A stretch of DNA of 64,000 bases from Campylobacterales bacterium (lineage in GTDB: Bacteria; Campylobacterota; Campylobacteria; Campylobacterales; Nitratiruptoraceae). Every line of letters begins with the position of its first letter. Position 1 is the stretch's first letter. Made by a program: the position numbers and the translations under genes. Of this stretch, positions 51,865 to 61,504 are shown in pieces. A model generated the notes under the pieces. That model was not told the origin of the DNA. It ran no database searches and saw only the letters and a list, made by a program, of their open reading frames with translations. Location of the stretch: NCBI GenBank assembly GCA_027065825.1, contig JAMONM010000058.1, positions 38,958 to 102,957 on the forward strand, in the 5' to 3' direction.

Positions 51865-52608
51865 ATGAAATTTAGCGGCAAGAACGTTCTAATTACCGGT
51901 TCGAGCAGAGGAATAGGAGCTCAGATAGCCAAAACTTTGGCCGGATACGGACTGAAAGTATGGATAAACTATCGCAGTTCGGCGAAAGAGGCCGACGAGG
52001 TGAAGGAGCAGATCGAAAAAAACGGCGGTCAGGCCGCGGTTATAGGGTTTGACGTTACCGACGAAAAGGCTTTCGCCCAGGCGATCGCTACCGTTGTGGA
52101 GTGTGACGGAGAGCTTTCGTATCTGGTTAACAACGCCGGCATAACTAGAGACAAGCTGGCTATTAGAATGAGCCTGGAGGATTTCGAAGATATCATCAGA
52201 GCCAATCTCTCTTCGGCGTTTATAGGATGCAAGGAGGCCTTGAAGGTAATGAGCAAAAAGAGATTCGGCAGCGTTGTTAACGTCTCCTCCATAGTTGCCG
52301 AAAGCGGAAACGCCGGACAGGTGAACTACAGCGCTTCCAAAGGGGGGATGATTTCGATGACCAAAAGTTTCGCCCTGGAAGGCGCTGCCAGAGGAGTTAG
52401 GTTCAACGCCGTCACCCCGGGTTTTATAGCCACTGATATGACGGATTCGCTGAAGGATCAGATCAAAGAGGCCTATATAGCCAAAATACCGCTCAAAAGG
52501 TTCGGAAGTACGCAGGAGGTTGCCGAGGCTGTGGCGTTTTTGCTAAGTGACGGTGCCGGATATATTACCGGCGAGACGCTAAAGGTTAACGGCGGTATGT
52601 ATATGTAG
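51865..52608 (+). CDS. fabG: 3-oxoacyl-ACP reductase
   Basis: TGSSRGIG, NNAGITRD, YSASK, PGFIATDMT motifs; start at 51865 with AAGGA RBS (the ORF track gives 51850). Confidence 0.96.
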   Translation: MKFSGKNVLITGSSRGIGAQIAKTLAGYGLKVWINYRSSAKEADEVKEQIEKNGGQAAVIGFDVTDEKAFAQAIATVVECDGELSYLVNNAGITRDKLAIRMSLEDFEDIIRANLSSAFIGCKEALKVMSKKRFGSVVNVSSIVAESGNAGQVNYSASKGGMISMTKSFALEGAARGVRFNAVTPGFIATDMTDSLKDQIKEAYIAKIPLKRFGSTQEVAEAVAFLLSDGAGYITGETLKVNGGMYM

Positions 52609-52674
52609 TCTTAACTATTTGTTAAATCTTTTTTTGATAGAATTGGACGATTTAAAATTCTAAAAGGAGTTAAT

Positions 52675-52908
52675 ATGGCACTTTTCGATGAAGTCAAAGA
52701 GGTTGTTGTCGAGCAGCTAAACGCCAATCCGGATGAGATTAAAGAGGATTCTAAATTCGTTGAGGATCTGGGTGCCGACAGTCTGGACGTGGTAGAGCTG
52801 GTCATGGCGCTGGAAGAGAAGTTCGGAATCGAGATTCCCGACGAGGATGCCGAAAAGATTCAAACCGTAGGCGACGCCGTTAAATATATCGAAGAGCATA
52901 AATCCTAA
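52675..52908 (+). CDS. acpP: Acyl carrier protein
   Basis: [20 protein letters not shown]. Confidence 0.98.
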   Translation: MALFDEVKEVVVEQLNANPDEIKEDSKFVEDLGADSLDVVELVMALEEKFGIEIPDEDAEKIQTVGDAVKYIEEHKS

Positions 52909-53009
52909 ATAATCAATAATCCGCGCGGGCTTTGCCCGCCCTATACCGTATAAAGCGGCGAGGATTTCAGGAGTCTTTGCCCCTTTATATCTACGCCAAA
53001 GGATGGTTC

Positions 53010-54233
53010 GTGAGAAGAGTCGTAGTTACAGGTTTGGGAATGATAAACGCTCTCGGCCATGACAAGGAGAGCTCGTTTGAAGCCGTTGTGGCCGGAGAGT
53101 GCGGAATAGATTATATAACCTCCTTTGACACTTCGGAGCAGAGCGTCAAAATAGCCGCCGAGGTTAAAAATTTCGATCCCAAAACGTTTATGGACCCCAA
53201 AGAGGTCAAAAAGGCCGATAGATTTATCCAGCTGGGAATCAAAGCCGCCCAGGAGGCGATGGCAGACGCAGGATTTTCCGAAAATGCCGAAAAGGAGAGA
53301 TTCGGCATTAGCTCCGCTTCCGGAATAGGCGGATTGCAGAATATAGAGAAAAACGCCATAGTTTGCGAAAAGAGAGGACCAAAGAGAATAAGTCCATTTT
53401 TTATACCCTCATCTTTGGTAAATATGCTGGGAGGTTTCATTTCGATAGAGCACGGGCTAAAGGGTCCCAATCTATCCAGCGTGACGGCGTGCGCTGCAGG
53501 AACTCACGCCATCAGCGAGGCGATGAAAACGATTCTGCTCGGGGGTGCCGACGCTATGCTGGTAGTAGGGGCAGAGGCGGCCATCTGCCCTATAGGAATA
53601 GGCGGATTTGCCGCTATGAAGGCTCTCTCTACGCGAAACGACGATCCAAAAGGCGCTTCTAGGCCATTTGACGCCGATCGAAACGGATTTGTTATGGGGG
53701 AAGGGGCCGGGGCGCTCGTTCTTGAGGAGTATGAATCGGCAAAAAAACGGGGAGCGAGAATCTATGCGGAAATCATCGGTTTCGGCGAAAGCGGCGACGC
53801 CAACCATATAACCACTCCGGCTCCGGAAGGAGAGGGCGCCTATAGGGCTATGAAAGCCGCTATGGAGATGGCCAAGAGTCCGAAAATCGACTATATCAAC
53901 GCTCACGGAACCAGTACCAAATATAACGACTGGTATGAGACTATGGCTATAAAAAGACTATTCGGCGGAAAGGAGAAGACGCCTCCGGTCAGTTCGACAA
54001 AGGGACAGGTGGCCCACTGTCTGGGAGCGGCTGGTTCAATAGAGGCTGTAATATCTATTATGGCTATGCAAAGAGGAGTTATTCCGCCCACCATCAACTA
54101 TACCACCCCGGATCCAGATTGCGATCTGGATTACGTCCCTAACGAAGCCAGGGAAGCCGAACTCAACGTGGTGATGAGCAACTCTTTCGGATTTGGTGGT
54201 ACAAACGGCGTAGTTATATTTAAAAAAGTCTAA
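53010..54233 (+). CDS. fabF: Beta-ketoacyl-ACP synthase II
   Basis: RRVVVTGLG, TACAAG, NAHGTST, GHCLGAAG-type, NSFGFGG motifs; GTG start at 53010 with AAAGGA RBS. Confidence 0.97.
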   Translation: MRRVVVTGLGMINALGHDKESSFEAVVAGECGIDYITSFDTSEQSVKIAAEVKNFDPKTFMDPKEVKKADRFIQLGIKAAQEAMADAGFSENAEKERFGISSASGIGGLQNIEKNAIVCEKRGPKRISPFFIPSSLVNMLGGFISIEHGLKGPNLSSVTACAAGTHAISEAMKTILLGGADAMLVVGAEAAICPIGIGGFAAMKALSTRNDDPKGASRPFDADRNGFVMGEGAGALVLEEYESAKKRGARIYAEIIGFGESGDANHITTPAPEGEGAYRAMKAAMEMAKSPKIDYINAHGTSTKYNDWYETMAIKRLFGGKEKTPPVSSTKGQVAHCLGAAGSIEAVISIMAMQRGVIPPTINYTTPDPDCDLDYVPNEAREAELNVVMSNSFGFGGTNGVVIFKKV

Positions 54234-54242
54234 GGGGAACTT

Positions 54243-55178
54243 TTGGCTACCTATTTGGATCTGGAACAGAAAATAAAGCAGATCGAGGAACAGATCGAGT
54301 CGGCAAGGGCGCGTGGCGACGATGCCGCGGTGGAGATATTGAAAAAGGAGCTGGAGAAGGAGGTAGCCAAAACATATAAGAATCTTTCGGACTTTCAAAA
54401 GCTTCAGCTGGCCAGACATCCGGACAGACCCTATGCGCTAGATTATGTCAGAATGCTCATGAGCGATTCGGTAGAGATACACGGAGACCGAAACTACAGG
54501 GACGATCCGGCGATTATATGTTATCTGGGCTACATAGATGGCCAAAAGACCATGTTGATAGGTGAACAGAAAGGAAGGGGCACCAAGAACAAAATAAAAA
54601 GAAACTTCGGAATGCCTCATCCGGAGGGGTATCGAAAGGCTCTTAGAGCTGCAAAAATGGCCGAAAAATTCGATATACCTATACTTATGCTGATAGATAC
54701 TCCGGGCGCTTATCCTGGTATAGGCGCCGAAGAGCGCGGACAGAGCGAAGCTATCGCTAAAAATCTGCTGGAGTTTAGCAGACTCAAAACTCCTACCGTT
54801 TCAATAGTTATAGGTGAAGGTGGCAGCGGCGGAGCTTTGGCGATAGGTGTGGCCGATAGGTTGGCCATGATGAGATATTCCGTATTTAGCGTAATTTCGC
54901 CAGAGGGCTGCGCCGCTATTTTATGGAACGATCCGACAAAAGTCGAGCAGGCGACGAAAGCTCTCAAAATCACGGCAGAGGATCTCAAAGAGCTAAATCT
55001 GATAGACGATATCATAGAAGAGCCTTTAATAGGTGCACATAGAGACAAAGAGGGGGCCGCTACAGCCCTGAAAAGTTATTATCTAAAGGCTCTTGAAGAG
55101 CTTAGAGAGACCCCTCAAGAGGAGAGGTTGCGCCAAAGGTATGAAAAGCTGCTCTCAAAAGGGGCCTTTAAAGAGTAG
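54243..55178 (+). CDS. accA: Acetyl-CoA carboxylase carboxyltransferase alpha subunit
   Basis: [37 protein letters not shown] motifs. Confidence 0.98.
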   Translation: MATYLDLEQKIKQIEEQIESARARGDDAAVEILKKELEKEVAKTYKNLSDFQKLQLARHPDRPYALDYVRMLMSDSVEIHGDRNYRDDPAIICYLGYIDGQKTMLIGEQKGRGTKNKIKRNFGMPHPEGYRKALRAAKMAEKFDIPILMLIDTPGAYPGIGAEERGQSEAIAKNLLEFSRLKTPTVSIVIGEGGSGGALAIGVADRLAMMRYSVFSVISPEGCAAILWNDPTKVEQATKALKITAEDLKELNLIDDIIEEPLIGAHRDKEGAATALKSYYLKALEELRETPQEERLRQRYEKLLSKGAFKE

Positions 55179-55437
55179 AACTGCCATCGATCCCTTCGCT
55201 TTCCAGAAAATGTCTGAGCTTTACTATCTCCTCTTTGGATTCGACGGTATGGGAGTGAATCTTTAGTATAAGCTCTTTGGAGGAGGGCCCTTTTATCTTT
55301 ATGTGATTTTTTTTGGTATTTATGATCTCAAAGCCCAATCGCTCAAGAAGCCTCTTGACGTCTTTCCACTCCAGATTCGAGGGGATCGGATGGGAAAATA
55401 TCGCTTCAATGGTCTGTTTGAGCTTGTGCTCGCCCAC
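55168..55437 (-). CDS. HicA-family (dsRBD-fold) toxin-like protein with no adjacent HicB
   Basis: [23 protein letters not shown]...NH...IHSH pattern; GTG start overlaps the upstream stop (TAGTG) with an AAGGGA RBS. Confidence 0.75.
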   Translation of the reverse strand: MGEHKLKQTIEAIFSHPIPSNLEWKDVKRLLERLGFEIINTKKNHIKIKGPSSKELILKIHSHTVESKEEIVKLRHFLESEGIDGSSTL

Positions 55438-55670
55438 TATTTGAGTCCCTTCTCTTTTAGAAACTTGTTCATCAGCATATAGGCTTCGTCTTTTAATCTG
55501 AGCTTTTCAAGTTTTAGCTTTTCAAGCTCCAGATCATCCATATGCTCTCTGCCCTCTTCCACTTCGGTGACCCTCTTGTCCAGTTCGTCGTGTTTTATAA
55601 CTATGGCGTCAAAATGAGGATTTGTCGCTCTTAATTCCTCTATCGCCTCTTTTGGAAACTCTTCTAACAT
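55437..55670 (-). CDS. DUF465/YdcH-family small helical protein
   Basis: HFDAIVIKHDELDKRV...LKLEKLRLKDE pattern; AAGGAG RBS; own TAAAAT box. Confidence 0.88.
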   Translation of the reverse strand: MLEEFPKEAIEELRATNPHFDAIVIKHDELDKRVTEVEEGREHMDDLELEKLKLEKLRLKDEAYMLMNKFLKEKGLK

Positions 55671-55699
55671 TTTTAACTCCTTTTTTTTAATTTTACCAT

Positions 55700-56881
55700 C
55701 TATGTTCTGTATTCGGCGTTAATTTTTACATAGTCATATCCAAGATCGCATCCGTAGGCCCTAAAGCTACCTTTGCCCACTCCAAGGTCGCATTTTATTG
55801 TAAATTCCGATCTTTTCATGACGTTGTGAGCCGCCTTCTCCCTTTGGGAATCGAAAAGGATTTTGCCTCTATCGTAAACGGTTACGTCTTCGAAGGATAT
55901 TTTAAGTCTCTCCGGATAACATTCGATTCCGCACGCCCCAATGGTCGATGCGATTCTGCCCCAGTTTGGATCCTCCCCGAAAAGTGCGGTTTTAACCAGC
56001 AAAGAGTTGCTGAGCGCTTTTGCCGCTATTTGAGCCTCTAAATCGTTTTTTGCTCCGGTAATATCGAACGCGGCCACTTTAGTGGCGCCTTCCCCGTCCC
56101 GAACGATCATTAGGGCCAGTTCGTGCATTACCCGCTCCAGAGCGAATCTAAAGGCCTCTTTTTCGTAAACGTTGCTGCTTTTGTCGCTAAAGAGCAAAAC
56201 GGTGTCGTTTGTGGATCTGTCTCCGTCCACGCTGATAGCGTTGAAGGTGGTCTTTGCACACTCTTTAAGAAGCGGTTTCATCTCTTTGTCCTCGATTGAG
56301 GCGTCAGTTACTATGAAAGCCAGCATCGTAGCCATGGAGGGGTCTATCATTCCGGCCCCCTTCGCTACGCCGGCTATTTTAAAGCTTCCATTATCCGTTA
56401 TTACCTCGAAAGCCACCATTTTGGGATAGCTGTCGGTTGTCATTATAGCTCTGGCGAAAGAGAGGGAGTTCCGTTTTGATAGATCTATACCGTCTATAGC
56501 CCGTTCTATCTTTTCAAGCGGGAGCCTGACGCCTATTACGCCGGTGGAGCTCATTATCGGTTCGTGGATATGTTCAAATTTTTTATGGAGAGCTCTATAG
56601 ATAGTTTGGATATCTTCTATTCCCTCTTCGCCTGTTAGGGCATTGGCGTTTTTTGAGTTGACTAATAAAAAGTTGCTCTTAGTCACGCCTCTTCGTTCAA
56701 AATCGATCAAAGGGGCCGCCTTGAATCTGTTTTCGGTAAAGATGGCGGCTACCGAGCATATTTTTTTGGAGTAGATAAAGCCTACGTCGTAATCCTGTTC
56801 TTTCAATCCGGCTTTTACGCCGCCGCAAAAAAAGTTTTCAAGATTCTCTATCGAGCCTTTTAGGGGTATCAGTCTAAACAC
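55700..56881 (-). CDS. argJ: Bifunctional glutamate N-acetyltransferase / amino-acid acetyltransferase
   Basis: NSKNANA, SSTGVIG, KGAGMIDPSMATML, DGDRSTND, DGEGATK, DPNWGRI motifs. Confidence 0.97.
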   Translation of the reverse strand: MFRLIPLKGSIENLENFFCGGVKAGLKEQDYDVGFIYSKKICSVAAIFTENRFKAAPLIDFERRGVTKSNFLLVNSKNANALTGEEGIEDIQTIYRALHKKFEHIHEPIMSSTGVIGVRLPLEKIERAIDGIDLSKRNSLSFARAIMTTDSYPKMVAFEVITDNGSFKIAGVAKGAGMIDPSMATMLAFIVTDASIEDKEMKPLLKECAKTTFNAISVDGDRSTNDTVLLFSDKSSNVYEKEAFRFALERVMHELALMIVRDGEGATKVAAFDITGAKNDLEAQIAAKALSNSLLVKTALFGEDPNWGRIASTIGACGIECYPERLKISFEDVTVYDRGKILFDSQREKAAHNVMKRSEFTIKCDLGVGKGSFRAYGCDLGYDYVKINAEYRT

Positions 56882-56930
56882 GTGGCTGTCCGAAATAGAA
56901 ATTGAGGCGGTAAAAGGAGGGAAAAAATCG

Positions 56931-57125
56931 CTATATCAGCGATTTTTTCTTCATCGTTCTCAACGTGGAGGCGGCAACTTTGATCTTTTTTCTCGTACCG
57001 TCGGGTAGAGTTATCCTAACGGTTCTGAGGTTCGGTAGAAATCTTCTTTTTGTTTTATTGTTGGCGTGGCTGACGTTGTGCCCGCTCATCGGTCCTTTAC
57101 CTGTTATGGAACATTTTCTTGACAT
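56931..57125 (-). CDS. rpmB: 50S ribosomal protein L28
   Basis: [10 protein letters not shown]...[19 protein letters not shown]. Confidence 0.98.
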   Translation of the reverse strand: MSRKCSITGKGPMSGHNVSHANNKTKRRFLPNLRTVRITLPDGTRKKIKVAASTLRTMKKKSLI

Positions 57126-57287
57126 TTTCCTATCCTCTTATTAGGGAATTTAGCTCAGAATTTTATCCAAGAGAAGCTTAATGTTAAATGAATTTAAACT
57201 TTCTTTCAGCCAAACGGCTGTTGGACCAGGAACTCTTTTTGATATAATAGCATATTTAATCAAAAGGCTAGGCCTACAAGGATAGAT

Positions 57288-57926
57288 ATGCTGGTGGCAC
57301 CGAGTATCTTGAGCGCGGATTTTGCTAATCTAGGCCAAGAGGTTGAAGATATCTGCAAAGCTGGAGCCGATCTGGTACACGTTGACGTTATGGATGGCCG
57401 TTTCGTTCCCAACATGACTATCGGTCCCCTTGTGGTTGAGGCGGTATCCAAAACGGCCTCCGTTCCGTTGGATATACATCTGATGGTGGAGGATAACTCC
57501 TTTTTTGTGGATCTGTTCGCTCCTTTGCGACCCAAATTTATCACTTTTCACTACGAGAGCGAAGATCATCATCACAGAATAGCCCAAAAAATCAGGGATT
57601 ACGGAGTCTCGCCTGGAATAGTGATCAATCCGGCCACTCCCGTTTCTTTTTTGGGCGAGATAGTCAAATATGTGGATATGGTACTGGTTATGAGCGTAAA
57701 TCCTGGTTTTGGAGGTCAGAGGTTCATTCCGGTTTTTGACAAGATTAGGGAGCTAAAAGAGCTGATCGAAACGAAAAATCCTGATTGTCTGATCGAAGTG
57801 GACGGAGGGGTCAACGATTCAAACGTAAAAGCTTTAAAAGAGTCCGGAGTGGATATAGTCGTCGCCGGTAGCTACGTTTTCGGCAAAAAGGATAGGGCGG
57901 AAGCCATATCTTCGCTAAAGGTATAG
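57288..57926 (+). CDS. rpe: Ribulose-phosphate 3-epimerase
   Basis: APSILSAD, HVDVMDG, DIHLMV, MSVNPGFGGQ, EVDGG motifs. Confidence 0.98.
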   Translation: MLVAPSILSADFANLGQEVEDICKAGADLVHVDVMDGRFVPNMTIGPLVVEAVSKTASVPLDIHLMVEDNSFFVDLFAPLRPKFITFHYESEDHHHRIAQKIRDYGVSPGIVINPATPVSFLGEIVKYVDMVLVMSVNPGFGGQRFIPVFDKIRELKELIETKNPDCLIEVDGGVNDSNVKALKESGVDIVVAGSYVFGKKDRAEAISSLKV

Positions 57927-57928
57927 GC

Positions 57929-58522
57929 GTGAGAGTTAAAATTTGCGGTATCAGGAGTCTGCGCGATGCCATGTGGGCCGTAGAAGCCGGAGCCGACGCT
58001 CTGGGATTCGTGTTTTACGAGGGATCCCCCAGATACGTGACGAAAAAGGAGGCGGCGGAAATAATCGAAAAACTTCCTCCGTTCATAGAGAGGGTAGGAC
58101 TGTTTGTAAATAGCAGCATATCGGAAATTGAGAGAGTGTGCGTCGAGTGTAACATATCTTTGGCTCAGCTCCATTTCGATATAGACGAAAATTTTTTGGA
58201 GAGGTTGAGAGTTAAAGCTTTGCCCGTGGTCAGAGCGAAAACCCCCGAGGATTTAACCAAGTTCGCCGATAGATACAGACTCGTGGATGCTTTTGTAAAA
58301 GAGTACGGGGGAACGGGCAAGAGAATAGATATTAGATGGTTCGAAGACGTGGATCGTTCAAAAATAGTTTTGGCAGGAGGATTGACTCCACAGAACGTCT
58401 CCCAAGTAGCCGGTATGGGATTTTACGGAGTGGATGTCAGTAGCGGAGTGGAAGCCTCAAAAGGCGTAAAGGACAAAGAGAAGATCTTTGAATTCGTCAG
58501 GAGAGCCAAAGGTTTTGAATAG
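57929..58522 (+). CDS. trpF: Phosphoribosylanthranilate isomerase
   Basis: VKICGI, GFVFYEGSPR, QLH, GGTG, LAGGLTPQNV, DVSSGVE motifs. Confidence 0.96.
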   Translation: MRVKICGIRSLRDAMWAVEAGADALGFVFYEGSPRYVTKKEAAEIIEKLPPFIERVGLFVNSSISEIERVCVECNISLAQLHFDIDENFLERLRVKALPVVRAKTPEDLTKFADRYRLVDAFVKEYGGTGKRIDIRWFEDVDRSKIVLAGGLTPQNVSQVAGMGFYGVDVSSGVEASKGVKDKEKIFEFVRRAKGFE

Positions 58523-59267
58523 ACTCGATAAACTGGCGCAAAAGCTTAAAAAGCGCGATCTAAAAAGAGAGGAGTTTAACAATTTATTGCTGGCTCTTTA
58601 CGGAATGTTCGAAGATCCGGCGCTGCTGTACGAGACGTTAAAAGCCAGGGGATTCCCGATCGAAGAGCGCGAAGAGATAGTCGTTTTAAAGACGGCTAAA
58701 ACCCACTATATGGAACAGGAATATGTAATAGTGGACATAGAGACCTCGGGAAGCAAACCGGCAAACTCCCAAATAATAGAAATCGGAGCCATCAAATATA
58801 GAGAGAATCGGATTGTAGATAGGTTTGAAAGCTTCGTATATGCCTCGCAGTTGCCAGAATATATTACCAAACTGACTGGAATTACTCCGGAGGATCTGCT
58901 GGAGGCCCCGCCTCAGCGGGAAGTGCTGGCCCGTTTTAGGGAGTTTTTGGGAGACGGGGTCTTTGTGGCTCACAACGTCGGTTTCGATTACGGTTTTTTG
59001 TCGGATAAGTTGGAAGAGTCCGGATACGGCAGACTGGCAAATAGAAAACTGTGCACCATAGATCTGGCGAAGAGAACAATCAAATCGCAAAGATACGGAT
59101 TGAGATTCCTAAACGACCTGTTGGGACTCGATTCTTTGATCCATCATAGAGCTTACGCCGACGCGCTGACGGCTTTGAAGGTTTTAAAAATCTCTATGGA
59201 GCGCCTCCCGGCCGAGGTGGTAAGCGCCGAAGACTTGATAGATTTCAGCAAAAAAAGAAAGAGTTAA
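58515..59267 (+). CDS. DEDDh 3'-5' exonuclease (DnaQ/PolC exonuclease-like)
   Basis: IVDIETSG, VAHNVGFD, LCTIDLA, HRAYADA motifs; likely TTG start at 58515 (the ORF track gives 58488). Confidence 0.9.
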   Translation: MNRLDKLAQKLKKRDLKREEFNNLLLALYGMFEDPALLYETLKARGFPIEEREEIVVLKTAKTHYMEQEYVIVDIETSGSKPANSQIIEIGAIKYRENRIVDRFESFVYASQLPEYITKLTGITPEDLLEAPPQREVLARFREFLGDGVFVAHNVGFDYGFLSDKLEESGYGRLANRKLCTIDLAKRTIKSQRYGLRFLNDLLGLDSLIHHRAYADALTALKVLKISMERLPAEVVSAEDLIDFSKKRKS

Positions 59268-59270
59268 GAG

Positions 59271-60476
59271 CTATTTCGATTTTTTGCCGAAAACCAGTTG
59301 GTTTACCACTTTTGCCCCTATCATGTCTCCCCATACGTTTATGGAGGTTCTGAACATATCCAAAAATCTATCTACCGCTATGATCAAGGCTATATATTCT
59401 ATAGGGAGTCCCACGCTCTCCAGGATCATCGTCATCATTATAAGTCCGGCGCCTGGAATTCCGGCGGCTCCGATAGAGGCGAAAGTGGCCGTGACAAAGA
59501 TAGTAATCTGTTGCGAGAGGGTCAGTTCAACGCCGCTGATATTTGCGATAAACATAACGGCTATCGATTCATACAGGGCGGTACCGTCCATATTTATGGT
59601 AGCTCCAAGCGGCAGTACGAATCCGGAAACCTTTTTGTCCACGCCGCCCTTTTGCGTAGCGGTTTCGATCGAAACCGGCAGCGTCGCGGAACTGGAAGCC
59701 GTGGAAAAGGCAACCATCAGCGCCTCTTTGACTCTTGCGAAGTAGGAAAAAGGGTCTACTTTGCCGAAAAAATAGAGTATCGCTCCCAAAGTGACGAAAG
59801 CGTGCAGAAACAGTGCCGCCAAAACGGTCAAAACGTAACTGTAGAGCTCTATTAATGGATCTATTCCGTTTTTGGCTATGGTAAAGGCTATCAAAAAGAA
59901 AACCCCTATCGGAGTGAGAGAGATTACCCATTTGGCCAGTACCATCATTGAGTCGTTTATTGCGTCGAAAAAGTTATAAAGAGTAGATTTTTTCTCTTTT
60001 GCAATATACATCGTTCCCACGGCGAAAAAGATGGCGAAAAATATTATGGGCAGAATCTGTCCGTTTGCCAAAGCTTTGAAAATGTTCGAAGGTATAAAAG
60101 AGAGCAAAAAGTCACTTATTCCCACCTCTTTCGCCTCGATCGCGGCAGCTGAAGGCATATCCAAACTCATTTGCGAGCCTGGATCGAACATGTTGACCAT
60201 GACCAGCCCCAAGGCGACGGCCAAGGAGGTGGTGGAAAGATAATATATAAAGGCCTTGAGGCCGATTGATTTTAGATCGTCGCTGCTTTCCAGACCGACT
60301 ATCGCTACGAAAATAGAGGCGAAAACCAGAGGAATTATGAGCATCTTCAGCAGAGCCAGATAGATATCTCCCACCACTTTTAGCTCTAAAGCGGCGCTTT
60401 TGAAAAAATATCCGAAAAATATACCGGCAATAATGGCCAAAAAAGTCAAGTTTTCGAGTTTAAGCAGTTTGGACAT
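59271..60476 (-). CDS. Dicarboxylate/amino acid:cation symporter (GltP/GltT-type, probably Asp/Glu)
   Basis: STASSSATLP, GATINMDGTAL, AGIPG, LDMFRT motifs (NMDGT and the substrate Asp/Arg are retained). Confidence 0.9.
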   Translation of the reverse strand: MSKLLKLENLTFLAIIAGIFFGYFFKSAALELKVVGDIYLALLKMLIIPLVFASIFVAIVGLESSDDLKSIGLKAFIYYLSTTSLAVALGLVMVNMFDPGSQMSLDMPSAAAIEAKEVGISDFLLSFIPSNIFKALANGQILPIIFFAIFFAVGTMYIAKEKKSTLYNFFDAINDSMMVLAKWVISLTPIGVFFLIAFTIAKNGIDPLIELYSYVLTVLAALFLHAFVTLGAILYFFGKVDPFSYFARVKEALMVAFSTASSSATLPVSIETATQKGGVDKKVSGFVLPLGATINMDGTALYESIAVMFIANISGVELTLSQQITIFVTATFASIGAAGIPGAGLIMMTMILESVGLPIEYIALIIAVDRFLDMFRTSINVWGDMIGAKVVNQLVFGKKSK

Positions 60477-60515
60477 CTAACGCCTTTAAAATTTTTGCCC
60501 TATTTTAGCAAATGA

Positions 60516-61280
60516 TTATATAAAAATATTCAATACAAAAATCACTAAAACAGTTATTCCAAACAGAGCAAAGGTTCCTAAGGCGTTAGCCGCCTGGCAA
60601 CTGGTACAGTTTTTATATTTTTTGGTTTCGTAGTTGGAGTATATCAGATACGCTATCAGCAATATAGCGTTCAAGACCGCGCTTAGTTCCACCAATGAGG
60701 AGGTCTTTGCCCCCAGGAGCTTGGCTATGAACAAAACGGTCTGCAACAGGATACCGATTTTTGCCGCTGTGAGAATCCTGTCCTTTACAAAATAGGTTGG
60801 ACAGCTGGTTTCGGATCTGTAGTTTTTTAGAAATTTGGCGGCCTCTTTTTTTGGAAGTCTGTTAAAAAGTAGTCCGCCAAAAGTCAGGTCTATCTTTCTT
60901 TGCAGCCAGTATGAGTCTTCGCCGTTTGCTTCCAAGAAGCGCTGATTGTTGTTTTTGTCGTAGTACATCACTTTGATCTTTTCGTACCGTCTGATCTCAA
61001 AAACGGCGCCCGGAATGGTTTCGTCGCTTTCGCTGATAGTTACAAATCCCTCGTGAAAATAGATGGTTGGATTGATCAACTCTATAAACTCTTCTCCTTT
61101 TTTAAAGAGAATAACTTTTTTGGGAACGCCGAGCTCTATGGCCGCCAAACCTTTCAAGTCGTTAAGGAGGCATACGTCTTTCATTCTCTTTAGCAAACCA
61201 AAGAGCTCCTCGTCGAACTCTCTGACAAAACCGCTTATCTGCAAAAGTCTTTTGTCGGGAAATTTTAGCAGTTCGTCCAT
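60516..61280 (-). CDS. Degenerate peptide deformylase-fold protein with a C-terminal 3-TM, Cys-containing domain
   Basis: PDF scaffold (FPDKRL, GLAA, INP, RYEKIKV.Y.D) with the motifs altered to KGLAAIE, ESDET and QRKIDL; C160, C225 and C228 near the TM helices. Confidence 0.8.
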   Translation of the reverse strand: MDELLKFPDKRLLQISGFVREFDEELFGLLKRMKDVCLLNDLKGLAAIELGVPKKVILFKKGEEFIELINPTIYFHEGFVTISESDETIPGAVFEIRRYEKIKVMYYDKNNNQRFLEANGEDSYWLQRKIDLTFGGLLFNRLPKKEAAKFLKNYRSETSCPTYFVKDRILTAAKIGILLQTVLFIAKLLGAKTSSLVELSAVLNAILLIAYLIYSNYETKKYKNCTSCQAANALGTFALFGITVLVIFVLNIFI

Positions 61281-61321
61281 ATGGCTTTCCGAGTAGGGAA
61301 GGGAGAAAAACCCTTCCTGTT

Positions 61322-61504
61322 TTAATGGTGGCTTTTTGAGACCACTTTGAGCATTTTCAGATTTATAATGATAAATCTGATGAACTGATAAATCTTGCAG
61401 GTTCTCAAAAATCTCTGAAAAGGACCCGGCGCCATGGTTTCGAAAGATTTTTGATCGTAAGGCTTGATATTTTTCATTACCTCTTCGTATCCGCCGTTTG
61501 CCAT
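61322..61504 (-). CDS. Small protein (60 aa) downstream of sqr
   Basis: Strong AAGGAG RBS; amphipathic, basic C-terminal helix (FQRFLRTCKIYQFIRFIIINLKMLKVV). Confidence 0.75.
   Translation of the reverse strand: MANGGYEEVMKNIKPYDQKSFETMAPGPFQRFLRTCKIYQFIRFIIINLKMLKVVSKSHH

Noticed and set aside
59271-60476. DAACS transporter as a cystine importer completing a sulfur operon with sqr
   Set aside because: It retains NMDGT and the D/R residues of Asp/Glu transporters, and it has its own -10 boxes upstream.
61295-61323. Hairpin GGAAGGG/CCCTTCC as the terminator of the sqr transcript
   Set aside because: The T-run is on the plus strand only, and there is no U-tract in the sqr direction. It is therefore not evidence that the pseudo-deformylase is transcribed separately.
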